In this document: piece after piece, positions 35,994 to 44,261 of the stretch
Position numbering within the stretch: position 1 is the stretch's first letter
Layout: each line of letters begins with the position of its first letter
Virus record (IMG/VR): IMGVR_UViG_3300031616_000001
Coordinates: 32,001-96,000 of that record
Origin: a virus
Direction: 5' to 3' (one strand)
DNA: 64,000 nucleotides
The notes under the pieces: model-generated
Databases searched by the model: none
Told to the model about the DNA's origin: nothing
The model's input: only the letters and a program-made list of their open reading frames with translations
Position numbers and translations under genes: made by a program

Positions 35994-36325
35994 GCGTCAG
36001 CCTTGCCTGCATCTTCGCGAAGTGGGAGCACTTCCCAGGTCGCGTCCTCGGCTACGAACGTCTCAGCCTGACCTATCAGGACTACGACCTGTTCGATCGG
36101 ATCAAGGCAGAAGCCACGCCGATCGACGGCATGCTCATGTCGTACGAGGACGAAGGCATCAAGGATCGATCTGACGACCCCTACGGGACGCCGTTGACCT
36201 TCTTGACTGCCCACCGCTTGGCCAAGCATTTCGATGGCATTGGCATGGAAGCGTGGGATATGGCTGTGCTGGCGTTCGTGAAGGCGCTGCCGCCATCGAC
36301 GCGCGTTGTGCTGTGGTGGTCATGA
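35990..36325 (+). CDS. Hypothetical phage protein
   Basis: DPYGTPLT...VVLWW; coupled. Confidence 0.6.
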   Translation: MSVSLACIFAKWEHFPGRVLGYERLSLTYQDYDLFDRIKAEATPIDGMLMSYEDEGIKDRSDDPYGTPLTFLTAHRLAKHFDGIGMEAWDMAVLAFVKALPPSTRVVLWWS

Positions 36326-36510
36326 ACTCACGCGACGTCAGCAACCAGGATCTGGTCGGCGTGATGCGCGCGCAGGCGTGGGAGCGCGCCAAGGGCGAAC
36401 TGCGGTCGATCCTCGCCGCCTATTTCGATGATCGCAATCGCTTCGACGCCATGGACAAACTGGTCTCGAAATTCGTGATAGAGGTCGAAGAAAACGGCCT
36501 GGCCGAATGA
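36322..36510 (+). CDS. Hypothetical protein
   Basis: MRAQAWERAKGELRS; coupled. Confidence 0.55.
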   Translation: MNSRDVSNQDLVGVMRAQAWERAKGELRSILAAYFDDRNRFDAMDKLVSKFVIEVEENGLAE

Positions 36511-36522
36511 AGGTCTGACCCC

Positions 36523-36936
36523 ATGGATCATTTTGGAATCGGCGCTGCCGTCCGCGCCATGATGCAGATCTACCAGCACTCCGCCAGGAGGAGCGGCCGC
36601 ACGACGTCGCTCGTCGAGAGCGTGAAGGATGGTGATCGGATCGTCTTCTCGGATCGACGCGAGGCCGTGCGCGTGAGGCGACTATGCGCTGAACGCAAGG
36701 CAAGCGTGGAATGCATCGTCATCGATCCACATCATCCGGAGAATCTGTTCGGAAATCACGGGACCTCCGAAGGCCGGACGATCTTCGATCACACATGGGT
36801 CGAGCAGTTCTACCTGGCGGCGATCGAGCGAGCGCAGGCGGACATCGACCACCTCGAGCGTGAGACATCCGGCTATGGCGCGGCGCATCGCGAGACGCGC
36901 CGGTGTGCTGAAGAACTAATGCGATGGAGACCGTGA
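36523..36936 (+). CDS. Hypothetical protein with P-loop-like RRSGRTT
   Basis: 137-aa ORF. Confidence 0.6.
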   Translation: MDHFGIGAAVRAMMQIYQHSARRSGRTTSLVESVKDGDRIVFSDRREAVRVRRLCAERKASVECIVIDPHHPENLFGNHGTSEGRTIFDHTWVEQFYLAAIERAQADIDHLERETSGYGAAHRETRRCAEELMRWRP

Positions 36937-36938
36937 TC

Positions 36939-37487
36939 ATGGGACTTAACGTACACGCATACCGGCAGATCAGGAAGCTGGACGTGCTCTTCGATGCCGA
37001 CGGGCAGCCCGTGGATCCACTGACACGAGCGCCGGTGGAAGGCGACTACTTCCGAGCGACTGTGAACAGCGACTTCCCGAGTCAGGCTGAAGGCGTCGAA
37101 CATCGCGGCGTCTATGCCTTTGCCGACGAAGACCACTTTTGGTCTGGAGGCTATGGGCACTACGGGAGGTGGCGGGAGACGCTCGCGAAGTTAGCCGGCT
37201 ACACGGCGGTTCTACATGAGCGCGTTCCGGGCTTCAAGCCGTCGGAAGTGATGAGCCATACGGTCGGGGCATTTGAGGTCGAAGACGGCCCGTTCCATGA
37301 ACTCGTGTGCTTCAGCGACTGTGAAGGCTGTATCGGCACCGTCGTCTCCGCCGAGCTGGCGCGTGACTTCGCCGAATGGGATGACCGCGCGAAGGCAACG
37401 GGCGATGCGTGGTTCTACGAGAAGTACGCCGAGTGGCGGCGCTGCTTTGAGATGGCCGCTGACGGCGGAGCCGTTACGTTTGGCTGA
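36939..37487 (+). CDS. Hypothetical phage protein (MGL.. start, FSDCEG motif)
   Basis: PF.EL..FSDCEG.IG pattern. Confidence 0.65.
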   Translation: MGLNVHAYRQIRKLDVLFDADGQPVDPLTRAPVEGDYFRATVNSDFPSQAEGVEHRGVYAFADEDHFWSGGYGHYGRWRETLAKLAGYTAVLHERVPGFKPSEVMSHTVGAFEVEDGPFHELVCFSDCEGCIGTVVSAELARDFAEWDDRAKATGDAWFYEKYAEWRRCFEMAADGGAVTFG

Positions 37488-37525
37488 GCGTTGGCGGCGC
37501 CGCCGCAAGGCATAAGGAAGGAACG

Positions 37526-37843
37526 ATGAGCTTGTTCCAGTGTGGTCACTGCGGGTGCTGCGAGAATACGGCTTTGGCCTCCCAAGGCTGCGACGGCTAC
37601 GCGGAGAGCTTCTTTGACTGGACAGACTTCGAGGACCGCCGTGGGAAGCAGCTTTGCAGCGTATGCGCGCCCACGAAGTACAGCGACGGCACGCCCACCG
37701 AGTTCGGGTTTTGGCACGGCCGCTTTGATCGCGTGTTTCTGCCGATGGGAGTGTTCCGCACGGCCAAAAACGGCAACCTGGAGCATACCGAGACAGGTGA
37801 TCAAGAATTTCGGAAGTACGCCTTGACTGCAGTTAAGGGTTAG
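37526..37843 (+). CDS. Hypothetical Zn-binding protein
   Basis: MSLFQC..CGCCENTA...LCSVC..WHG.F. Confidence 0.65.
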   Translation: MSLFQCGHCGCCENTALASQGCDGYAESFFDWTDFEDRRGKQLCSVCAPTKYSDGTPTEFGFWHGRFDRVFLPMGVFRTAKNGNLEHTETGDQEFRKYALTAVKG

Positions 37844-37885
37844 CCGGACCCTCCAAACGCCGGCGCATGTTGGAGTTAAAACCCA

Positions 37886-38032
37886 ATGGAAACCGAAGTC
37901 ACCAAGGCAATCAAAGATTTGGCCGAGAAGGCTGCGGCCGCGCAAGCGCACGAAGCCATGCACTATTCGCAGGCGGCGCTGAACTTGGCTCATGTTCTGC
38001 AGGTCAAGAAAGAAATCGATATGACGAAGTAG
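37886..38032 (+). CDS. Small helical protein (48 aa)
   Basis: GGAG RBS; METEVTKAIKDLAEKAAAAQAHEAMHYSQAALNLAH. Confidence 0.55.
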   Translation: METEVTKAIKDLAEKAAAAQAHEAMHYSQAALNLAHVLQVKKEIDMTK

Positions 38033-38082
38033 GCGTAGCAGCCGGCACGCAGGTACTGGTGCCGGCGAGAAAGGACACAGAC

Positions 38083-38355
38083 ATGACGATGCATATCCGA
38101 GTCGACGCATGGGTCGACGAGCACTCCGGCAAGTACGACAACGGCCGCATCGCATGCGGTCTCGAAACGCTCCCGGAAGGCGACACGGCGGTATTCGAAG
38201 CCGACTCCTATGCCTATCACGTCGCCGACTGCCAGCAATGCAACCCCGGTGGTCCCGAGCCCTATGGCACACCGATCTCGCAACTGAGTGGCCGACCCGG
38301 GCACCCTGGGTTCGAGGCGTTCCGCGAGATCGCCGCAAGCTGGGGCCATGAATGA
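38083..38355 (+). CDS. Hypothetical protein
   Basis: AAAGGA RBS. Confidence 0.55.
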   Translation: MTMHIRVDAWVDEHSGKYDNGRIACGLETLPEGDTAVFEADSYAYHVADCQQCNPGGPEPYGTPISQLSGRPGHPGFEAFREIAASWGHE

Positions 38356-38549
38356 GCTACTGGCAAACATTGCTGCTGATGTACCCGATATGCGTTGTCG
38401 GATACCGGACTGGGTCGTGGACCTACTGGCGTCTTAGGTCCGGAAAGAACAGCGCATCGGCGCCAACCTGGGGCGAGGCGTTCAGTGCAAGCTGGTACAG
38501 CGCAACAGGTGGCGCGATCGCCATGCTTTTGTATCGGCCAGACGCCTAA
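38352..38549 (+). CDS. Small membrane protein ending in attC-like site 1
   Basis: Stop TAA lies within GCCTAAC. Confidence 0.5.
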   Translation: MSYWQTLLLMYPICVVGYRTGSWTYWRLRSGKNSASAPTWGEAFSASWYSATGGAIAMLLYRPDA

Positions 38550-38601
38550 CGTTTTAGTTCAGCGGCTGCCGAAGGCAGTCCGCTGGAACGAAGGGTTAGG
38601 C
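38544..38601 (+). mobile_element. attC-like site 1
   Basis: GCCTAAC...GTTAGGC ends, 58 bp imperfect palindrome. Confidence 0.8.
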
Positions 38602-38630
38602 GCCTGGTTGAGAAGCGAAAGGACCGACGA

Positions 38631-39020
38631 ATGCTGAACATGCTGAAAGACCCAGCGAAGCGCGCCGAGTGGGTGTACGGCCAGCAGATGGCCACGTGCC
38701 CAGCCTGCGGCAGCTACAACATGAAGCCGCAAATGCCGATCAAGCTGGACGTGGCCGGCGACGACACAGTGCCACAACTTGTGGGCAAATGGGCGCGTGC
38801 CACGAAGGCCGGCGCCACGCCGCTGGAAGGCCCGGCCTACTACTGCTGCTGGGACTGCTCCCACAAGGGGCCGGCAGTGGACTGCACCGGGCGCACCAGC
38901 GAGGATGCCCGCCAGGACCGCGCACTGAACGCGGAGATGAAGCGACTGTGGAACGCGCAGACGCCTAACGTGAAGGTAAGCGGCGACCCGAAGGGGCGTC
39001 CGCCTTCACCGTTGGGTTAG
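38631..39020 (+). CDS. Zn-ribbon cassette protein
   Basis: CPACG...CWDC; reads through attC-like site 2. Confidence 0.6.
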   Translation: MLNMLKDPAKRAEWVYGQQMATCPACGSYNMKPQMPIKLDVAGDDTVPQLVGKWARATKAGATPLEGPAYYCCWDCSHKGPAVDCTGRTSEDARQDRALNAEMKRLWNAQTPNVKVSGDPKGRPPSPLG

Positions 39021-39022
39021 GC
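38963..39022 (+). mobile_element. attC-like site 2
   Basis: GCCTAAC...GTTAGGC ends, 60 bp imperfect palindrome. Confidence 0.8.
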
Positions 39023-39045
39023 GCGTGGAACGAAGGCAGAGGACT

Positions 39046-39240
39046 ATGAGCAAGCGAAAACTCAAGAAGGCGATTTTGGCGGAGGCTCTGGCTGTGTACC
39101 GCACGACAGACTTCGGCTGCCGCAGCTTCACGGTAGACGTGACAAACGGGCAATTGGTCTATGTGCATCTGCCGCGTGAGTACCGGCCGATTGAGACGCT
39201 GATGCACCTATGCGCTCAATTGAATGGCGACAGACCGTGA
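39046..39240 (+). CDS. Hypothetical cassette protein
   Basis: GAGGA RBS just after attC-like site 2. Confidence 0.5.
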   Translation: MSKRKLKKAILAEALAVYRTTDFGCRSFTVDVTNGQLVYVHLPREYRPIETLMHLCAQLNGDRP

Positions 39241-39241
39241 A

Positions 39242-39369
39242 GCGTCAAGACTGCTGCACTAGCTCAGAAAGCCGCGAGCCGAAGTACAAGGCGGACGACA
39301 GGCAGAGCAGCCGGTTTCTAACCGGAAGGCCCGAGCAGACAGGCTCGCTCGGTGCAGCAGTGTTGACGC
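39242..39369 (+). ncRNA. Distorted tRNA-Arg(UCU)-like element in an extended 18-bp stem
   Basis: gctgcac/gtgcagc acceptor, gctc/gagc D stem, ccgg-tttctaa-ccgg anticodon arm, cgagc/gctcg T stem. Confidence 0.6.
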
Positions 39370-39424
39370 CTAACGTTTGAGATAAGCGGACTGTACTCAG
39401 GTCCGCTTGATCGAAGGGTTAGGC
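39368..39424 (+). mobile_element. attC-like site 3
   Basis: GCCTAAC...GTTAGGC ends, 57 bp imperfect palindrome. Confidence 0.8.
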
Positions 39425-39448
39425 GTGGTGAACAGAGAGGAAAGAACG

Positions 39449-39709
39449 ATGAAGTGGGAAGACATCAGCTCGCACAGCCAAGGCGACAAAGAGCGAGTGC
39501 CGAACGCATGGCAATTGGATTGCGCAGGAATTCGCTTGCGAGTGCATCGGCACATCTACCATGAGCCAACGGATTGGCTGCTCAGCGGGGCGCCATGGTT
39601 CGATAGGCACAAGCTTGCTTCTCTTGGCGCTGAGGATGCGATGCGTGAGGCGGAGCAATCTTTGCTTAAAAAGATCGCGGCCGCAAACGCCGCATTGCAT
39701 GACGCCTAA
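39449..39709 (+). CDS. Hypothetical cassette protein
   Basis: GAGG RBS; stop within GCCTAAC. Confidence 0.6.
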   Translation: MKWEDISSHSQGDKERVPNAWQLDCAGIRLRVHRHIYHEPTDWLLSGAPWFDRHKLASLGAEDAMREAEQSLLKKIAAANAALHDA

Positions 39710-39725
39710 CGTTGTTATAGACAAC
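39704..39725 (+). mobile_element. Truncated attC-like half site
   Basis: GCCTAACGTT with no matching GTTAGGC nearby. Confidence 0.45.
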
Positions 39726-39889
39726 ACGTGATGTGTTCGCACGAGTTTTGCGTCACCCAAGAATCGAGCACTGGCGCGGCGCTGCGGGGTGGCGTGATGC
39801 ATAACTTTGGCGCCACTCACCGCGAGACACGCCGGCGAGCCGAAGAGCTGGTGCGCTGGCGACCTTGATTCACCGGGCCGCGCAGTATC

Positions 39890-40327
39890 TCAGCGCTTCG
39901 CCGCGATGATCTTGTCGACCTCGGGCGCTGCGGTGACCTGGTCGACGAGCTCGACAGTGGCGAGGCCGGCCCACGCCGGTCCGCCCATCGACGTCCGCAC
40001 GTAGATCTTCTCGCCGCTGCGCACGACGACGTCGAGCGTGGCGACACCCGAGTACATCGTGCTCGGCGCCGACACCACGTGCGGGCCCGGCGCGGCCTTG
40101 GCGGCGAACCACTCACCTGGTACTGACTTGCCGACGCGCAGGCCGTCGACGAGCAGCTCCGGTCGCTGGCCGTGGCCGAACAACGAGTACATCGGCCGGT
40201 AGAAGACGATGGTGCCGGCGCGCGGATCCTGGTCGGCTGGGTTCGGTGGTAGCGGCGCCATCGCGCAGCCGGCGGCGATCAGCAATGGCAGCAGCGCGAG
40301 TGCGCGCAACACTTTGGTTCTGTTCAT
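39890..40327 (-). CDS. DUF2846-like lipoprotein (moron)
   Basis: Lipobox IAAG-C after hydrophobic signal; IVFYRP...PGPHVV...GEKIYVR. Confidence 0.75.
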   Translation of the reverse strand: MNRTKVLRALALLPLLIAAGCAMAPLPPNPADQDPRAGTIVFYRPMYSLFGHGQRPELLVDGLRVGKSVPGEWFAAKAAPGPHVVSAPSTMYSGVATLDVVVRSGEKIYVRTSMGGPAWAGLATVELVDQVTAAPEVDKIIAAKR

Positions 40328-40797
40328 GACGTGGGGCCTCCAACTCGTAGGATGCCTCGGACGTCGCGCCGCGGCAACTGCCGACATGCACGCCACCGTG
40401 AAAAACGGTACATTCCGGCCCCATGGAACGACGAGTGAAACCTCAATCCTGCCCTTGAACAAGGTGCGGCGAGCGGTCTGATCCCCGCGGGTACAAAGTT
40501 TCGCCGCCACTCGCAACGATTCCGCGCGGTGCTTGCGCATGGCATCGCTCCAACGGCCTCGAGGTGCAAACGCCTCGAGGCCGTTGGTCATTCTGAGCTT
40601 GCCAACGCATCGACACCTGGTGGAAAATCGAGCCTTCCCGGGATAAACCTAGCCCCCTAGGCGCCGCGCACCCTCGACGGCATTCATGTCCTGGCTGTAA
40701 AGGCAGCAGAGGCCTCATACACCCAAGCGCGCAGCGCAACGGGTGTCTGGCGACGGCGGGGCTTCGGCCCCGCTCAAGCCTTGCACTTGAAGCGCGA

Positions 40798-41289
40798 CTA
40801 CTCATCCGAGGCACAGGAACTTCCCCCGCCGGGGGACACCTCGCCATCGGGTCGCGGTTGCCACGGGATCTCGCCGAACTGCTTGCACTTGTCGCACGGC
40901 CGACGGAAAAACGGCGTCTCGTTGCCCTGCGGATACCAACGCGCTCGGGGCCGCATGTTGCGCGCGTTGTTCACCGGCTTGTGCCCGCACAGCGAGACAC
41001 CGGTGCCGGCGTCGACCAGGTGCACCAGGTGGCCGCCGGCGGCGCGCGCCAGGTATGTCTCGCCGCGGCCGGTGCGGGCTTGCTCGATGGACTCGTCGGC
41101 CGCGGCTTCGCGCGCCTCGCGATCGCGGATCGATTGGCGGCCGTCACGGATCATCGCGAACAGCCGCAGCTCGCGCTTGCCGTCTTCGGTGTCAGCGAAG
41201 CAGTCGTAGTGCGCCCGGGCTCGCGTATGCCACGGCTGGCCAGGCTCAATCGGCAGGTTGCAAAGCGGGCAGATATCGACGTCATTCAT
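40798..41289 (-). CDS. Hypothetical Zn-binding protein
   Basis: CPLC...H..C; H...SLCG...CDKC. Confidence 0.55.
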   Translation of the reverse strand: MNDVDICPLCNLPIEPGQPWHTRARAHYDCFADTEDGKRELRLFAMIRDGRQSIRDREAREAAADESIEQARTGRGETYLARAAGGHLVHLVDAGTGVSLCGHKPVNNARNMRPRARWYPQGNETPFFRRPCDKCKQFGEIPWQPRPDGEVSPGGGSSCASDE

Positions 41290-41719
41290 CTGTCTGATCG
41301 CCGCCATATATGCGATCGAGAAACGCCTCGGCTTCTGCTGCATCCTGCGCCCTGCGGAGTCGCGCGCGCCGGCCGAGGAACGGCAGAATGCGATGCCACC
41401 AGCGGTGCTCGAGGCGGTCGATCATCTCGTCGAGCGCCGCCGCCATCGACGGCGCTTGCTCTACGAGGCGTGCCGCGAGCCTGCGCGCTGATTCGTCGGA
41501 TTGCGTAGCCGGTGGGTCAGGCAACTCCTCCATCACCCAGATCTGCGCGCCGTACTCGCTGCGGCGGCCGCTGTCGACGTAGCGGATCGGGAAGTAGCGG
41601 CCGGCGATCTCCATGGGCACGACGACGGCCTGCGCGCGCACGGTGTTCACGCGCATGCGGCCGGCGGCCGGACCACCCTCGAAGACGATCGTCGGGCTTG
41701 CAGCGGGGAGCCTGGCCAT
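41282..41719 (-). CDS. Hypothetical protein
   Basis: ORF in leftward operon. Confidence 0.55.
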   Translation of the reverse strand: MARLPAASPTIVFEGGPAAGRMRVNTVRAQAVVVPMEIAGRYFPIRYVDSGRRSEYGAQIWVMEELPDPPATQSDESARRLAARLVEQAPSMAAALDEMIDRLEHRWWHRILPFLGRRARLRRAQDAAEAEAFLDRIYGGDQTDE

Positions 41720-41721
41720 AG

Positions 41722-42090
41722 TCAGGAATGCGTAGGCAGGGGAGTCGACATCAGATCCGCTTCGACGAGCTCGAACAAGCCGGCCAGTTCGGCGATGCTC
41801 AGCGCATCGACCCGCGCTGCCAGCTCAGTCGAGTCGTCGAGGGCATCAACGAGCACGCGGCAGATCTGCACCAGGTCTGTCAGGCCAAGAGCACCGAGGC
41901 TGTAGGCCGTCCGCAGGCGTTGCCATTCGCCGTCGCTGAATTCAGCGCGCAGGTCGTGTTGATAGCTCTTCATCAGCTGCAGGTAGCGGTCGACGATCTG
42001 ATTGATGCGCCCGCTTGCGCCCTCGCCGCCGCGCATCGCGCTCATCGTGCGCTCGGTCAGGTAGAGCGAAACGGATTTGGACTTGGCCAT
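41722..42090 (-). CDS. Hypothetical, ribbon-helix-helix-like N-terminus
   Basis: KSVSLYL...SGRINQIVDRY; GAGGAG RBS. Confidence 0.6.
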   Translation of the reverse strand: MAKSKSVSLYLTERTMSAMRGGEGASGRINQIVDRYLQLMKSYQHDLRAEFSDGEWQRLRTAYSLGALGLTDLVQICRVLVDALDDSTELAARVDALSIAELAGLFELVEADLMSTPLPTHS

Positions 42091-42129
42091 GTTGTTCTCC
42101 TCGGGAATGCGTAGCAGGGGGGTAGCCTA

Positions 42130-42972
42130 TCAAGGATGAGGATCCGGAGGCGCGGGGCGTTCCATCAGATCGTCCGGATGCTTGCCGTAGAGCCTGGCGA
42201 TGGGCTCGCGCAGATCGCGCCGCAGTTCGTCGACGAGCCGCTGCAGGACCTTGACTCGTGCTGCGTCGGCGCTGATCGCACGGCCCTCCATCTCGGCGGC
42301 GGCCTCGTAGGCCTCGTCGTCGACATAGGGAAGCTCTCCATACCCGCTGAGGCTATAGCCGATGAGCTGCGCGAACTGCTGGCGATCGGCGTTGCTGAAC
42401 TCGAGGCAGGCGATCGCGTTGAGGTCCATACCGCGTGGCTTCGCCCAATCGAGCAGCATGCGCACGATAGCGTTGCCTTGAAAGCGTGTCTTGCCGTCGA
42501 CGTCGACGAGCGGCTGAATGGGTTGCGGCAATTGCATGTCGGCCTCCTGAGTTGCGGATTGCGTAGCCGGGGGTACCGCTTGAGATTGCGTAGCCGGGGG
42601 TGGCGCCTTCAGCGCGACCATGCCGTGGCCGGCAAGCGAACGCGCCGTCTGGCGGTCCAATGCCTCGCCGAAAGCGGTGCGCGGCGTCAGCACCTCCCAC
42701 ATGCCGAGCGCGCCGCCAAGGCCGATCAGCGTCAAAGCCGCGCCCTGATCGCCGAGCCACGCGCCGAGCTCGATGTAGGTGAGCTCGAGGCCGCAAAACA
42801 CGTCGAGAATCTCGTGGAACTCGCCTTCGTGCTTGTCCACGAGCGAGCGCAGCGCAGCGGCATCCGCGGTCGGCTTCGCCTTGACGCCGAAGAAGATCAC
42901 GTCGACGGCGCCGGCTTCGTTAGGCACACATTGCTCGGCATGCGCGGCGATGTACTCGGACAGCGTGCTCAT
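42130..42972 (-). CDS. Two-domain hypothetical protein with internal in-frame start at 42537
   Basis: ELGAWLGDQGAAL domain, motif-encoded linker, then QFAQLIGYSLSGY domain. Confidence 0.65.
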   Translation of the reverse strand: MSTLSEYIAAHAEQCVPNEAGAVDVIFFGVKAKPTADAAALRSLVDKHEGEFHEILDVFCGLELTYIELGAWLGDQGAALTLIGLGGALGMWEVLTPRTAFGEALDRQTARSLAGHGMVALKAPPPATQSQAVPPATQSATQEADMQLPQPIQPLVDVDGKTRFQGNAIVRMLLDWAKPRGMDLNAIACLEFSNADRQQFAQLIGYSLSGYGELPYVDDEAYEAAAEMEGRAISADAARVKVLQRLVDELRRDLREPIARLYGKHPDDLMERPAPPDPHP

Positions 42973-43181
42973 GATGTTCTCCCGGTGGCTTTGGCGATGG
43001 CGGCGTCGATGTAGTCGAGTGCAGCGTTGATCTGGCGAGCACGCTTGCGCTCTTCGGCGTCGCGGTACGTTCTGAGGTCGTCGGCAATCGTGGCCATTTC
43101 GTTCCTGACGAGTGACAGCCCGTCGCGCTCGGTCTTGTTCGGTTTGCGCAGTCGCGGCCCCGGCGTGTGCACCGCGCTCAT
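42969..43181 (-). CDS. Hypothetical protein (HTPG...AAIAKATG)
   Basis: Coupled ORF. Confidence 0.55.
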   Translation of the reverse strand: MSAVHTPGPRLRKPNKTERDGLSLVRNEMATIADDLRTYRDAEERKRARQINAALDYIDAAIAKATGRTS

Positions 43182-43294
43182 TGCTGACCCCACTTCGCAT
43201 AGACGAACAAGGCGGCGACGCCGGCGCCGATGGCAGTGAGAACGCCGACGCAGAACCCGAACCAGAACTGCGCTTCGAAGGTCAGCGCGCTCAT
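43178..43294 (-). CDS. Small membrane peptide
   Basis: Coupled at both ends; hydrophobic. Confidence 0.45.
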   Translation of the reverse strand: MSALTFEAQFWFGFCVGVLTAIGAGVAALFVYAKWGQQ

Positions 43295-43716
43295 GAGGCG
43301 GTCCCGGTGGCCTTTGCGATGACGGCCAGCGCTTGCTCTGCGGCGTGTGCATGCTGCATTGGCTGTTGGGCCTCGGCGCATGCGGTCAGCGCTTCCAGCA
43401 TCTCGGCGATCAGCTCGTCGCGGTCGTCGAATGGCGTGAGCTCATGTGTCGGAACGGTCTGCTTGTAGATTCTGATTTCACGCATCCCATCGCGCGCTGC
43501 AATGACGATCGGCAGGTCAAGCGCAATCGTTGCCATCAGCGCCCGGTCTTCGACACCGAGGCTGTACACCGTGCCGGTAACGCGTTTACCGTCATAGTCG
43601 CGATGACGAACGTGCTGACCAATGTGCAGATTCAATGCGACTCCGGCGTTCTGGGCTACGAGACAGAAACCCTCGCATTCGACGCACTGACGACCGGGCG
43701 TGTGCTGCGCGCTCAC
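43291..43716 (-). CDS. Hypothetical protein (QHTPG...IAKATG)
   Basis: GTG start overlapping upstream stop. Confidence 0.55.
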   Translation of the reverse strand: MSAQHTPGRQCVECEGFCLVAQNAGVALNLHIGQHVRHRDYDGKRVTGTVYSLGVEDRALMATIALDLPIVIAARDGMREIRIYKQTVPTHELTPFDDRDELIAEMLEALTACAEAQQPMQHAHAAEQALAVIAKATGTAS

Positions 43717-44192
43717 GGCGTTACCACCTGGGATTGCGTAGCGGGGGCTGCAGGTGCCGGCGAGACAGCGGCTTTCGTCACGTTGATGACGACGATGAGG
43801 CTGCGGCCATGCTTCATCTTGACCCGGTCTTCCTTGCTGCCGGCATACTCGCGTTCGATCTCGCGGAAGCCGAGTTCGACGAGCGCCGCGTGCAGTTTGT
43901 CGTCGCACGTGCAGATCGCCGGCATGATGCGCAGCGTCTTGCCGTGGTCCCACGTGCTCATGTCGCGTCTGGCCAGCCGCACACCGAGGTCGTGCAGCGG
44001 CCGCAGGAAGGGGTCGAGCAGCGCGAGCTTTGCGCGGAGCGACTTGATCTCGGCGAGGCGCCGGGCGTGCAGATAATCGGCGTGCGCGGCCGAAATCTCT
44101 TCGAGCGTGCGCGGTGCGCGGCCGTTGAACTTCAGGTGGTTGTCCCACTGGTCGAGCAGTTGGAACGGCGCGGCGGGTGTGGTGGTCTGCAT
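43713..44192 (-). CDS. Hypothetical protein
   Basis: AGGAG RBS. Confidence 0.6.
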   Translation of the reverse strand: MQTTTPAAPFQLLDQWDNHLKFNGRAPRTLEEISAAHADYLHARRLAEIKSLRAKLALLDPFLRPLHDLGVRLARRDMSTWDHGKTLRIMPAICTCDDKLHAALVELGFREIEREYAGSKEDRVKMKHGRSLIVVINVTKAAVSPAPAAPATQSQVVTP

Positions 44193-44261
44193 GGTCTGAT
44201 CTCCTGTTTTGGGATTGCGTAGGCAAGGGGGTGCGGGCTTGCGAATGCGTAGGCGGGGGGG

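Noticed and set aside
37835-37845. AAGGGTTAGCC as a further attC site
   Set aside because: Resembles a right end only; no left core or palindrome upstream. May be a remnant
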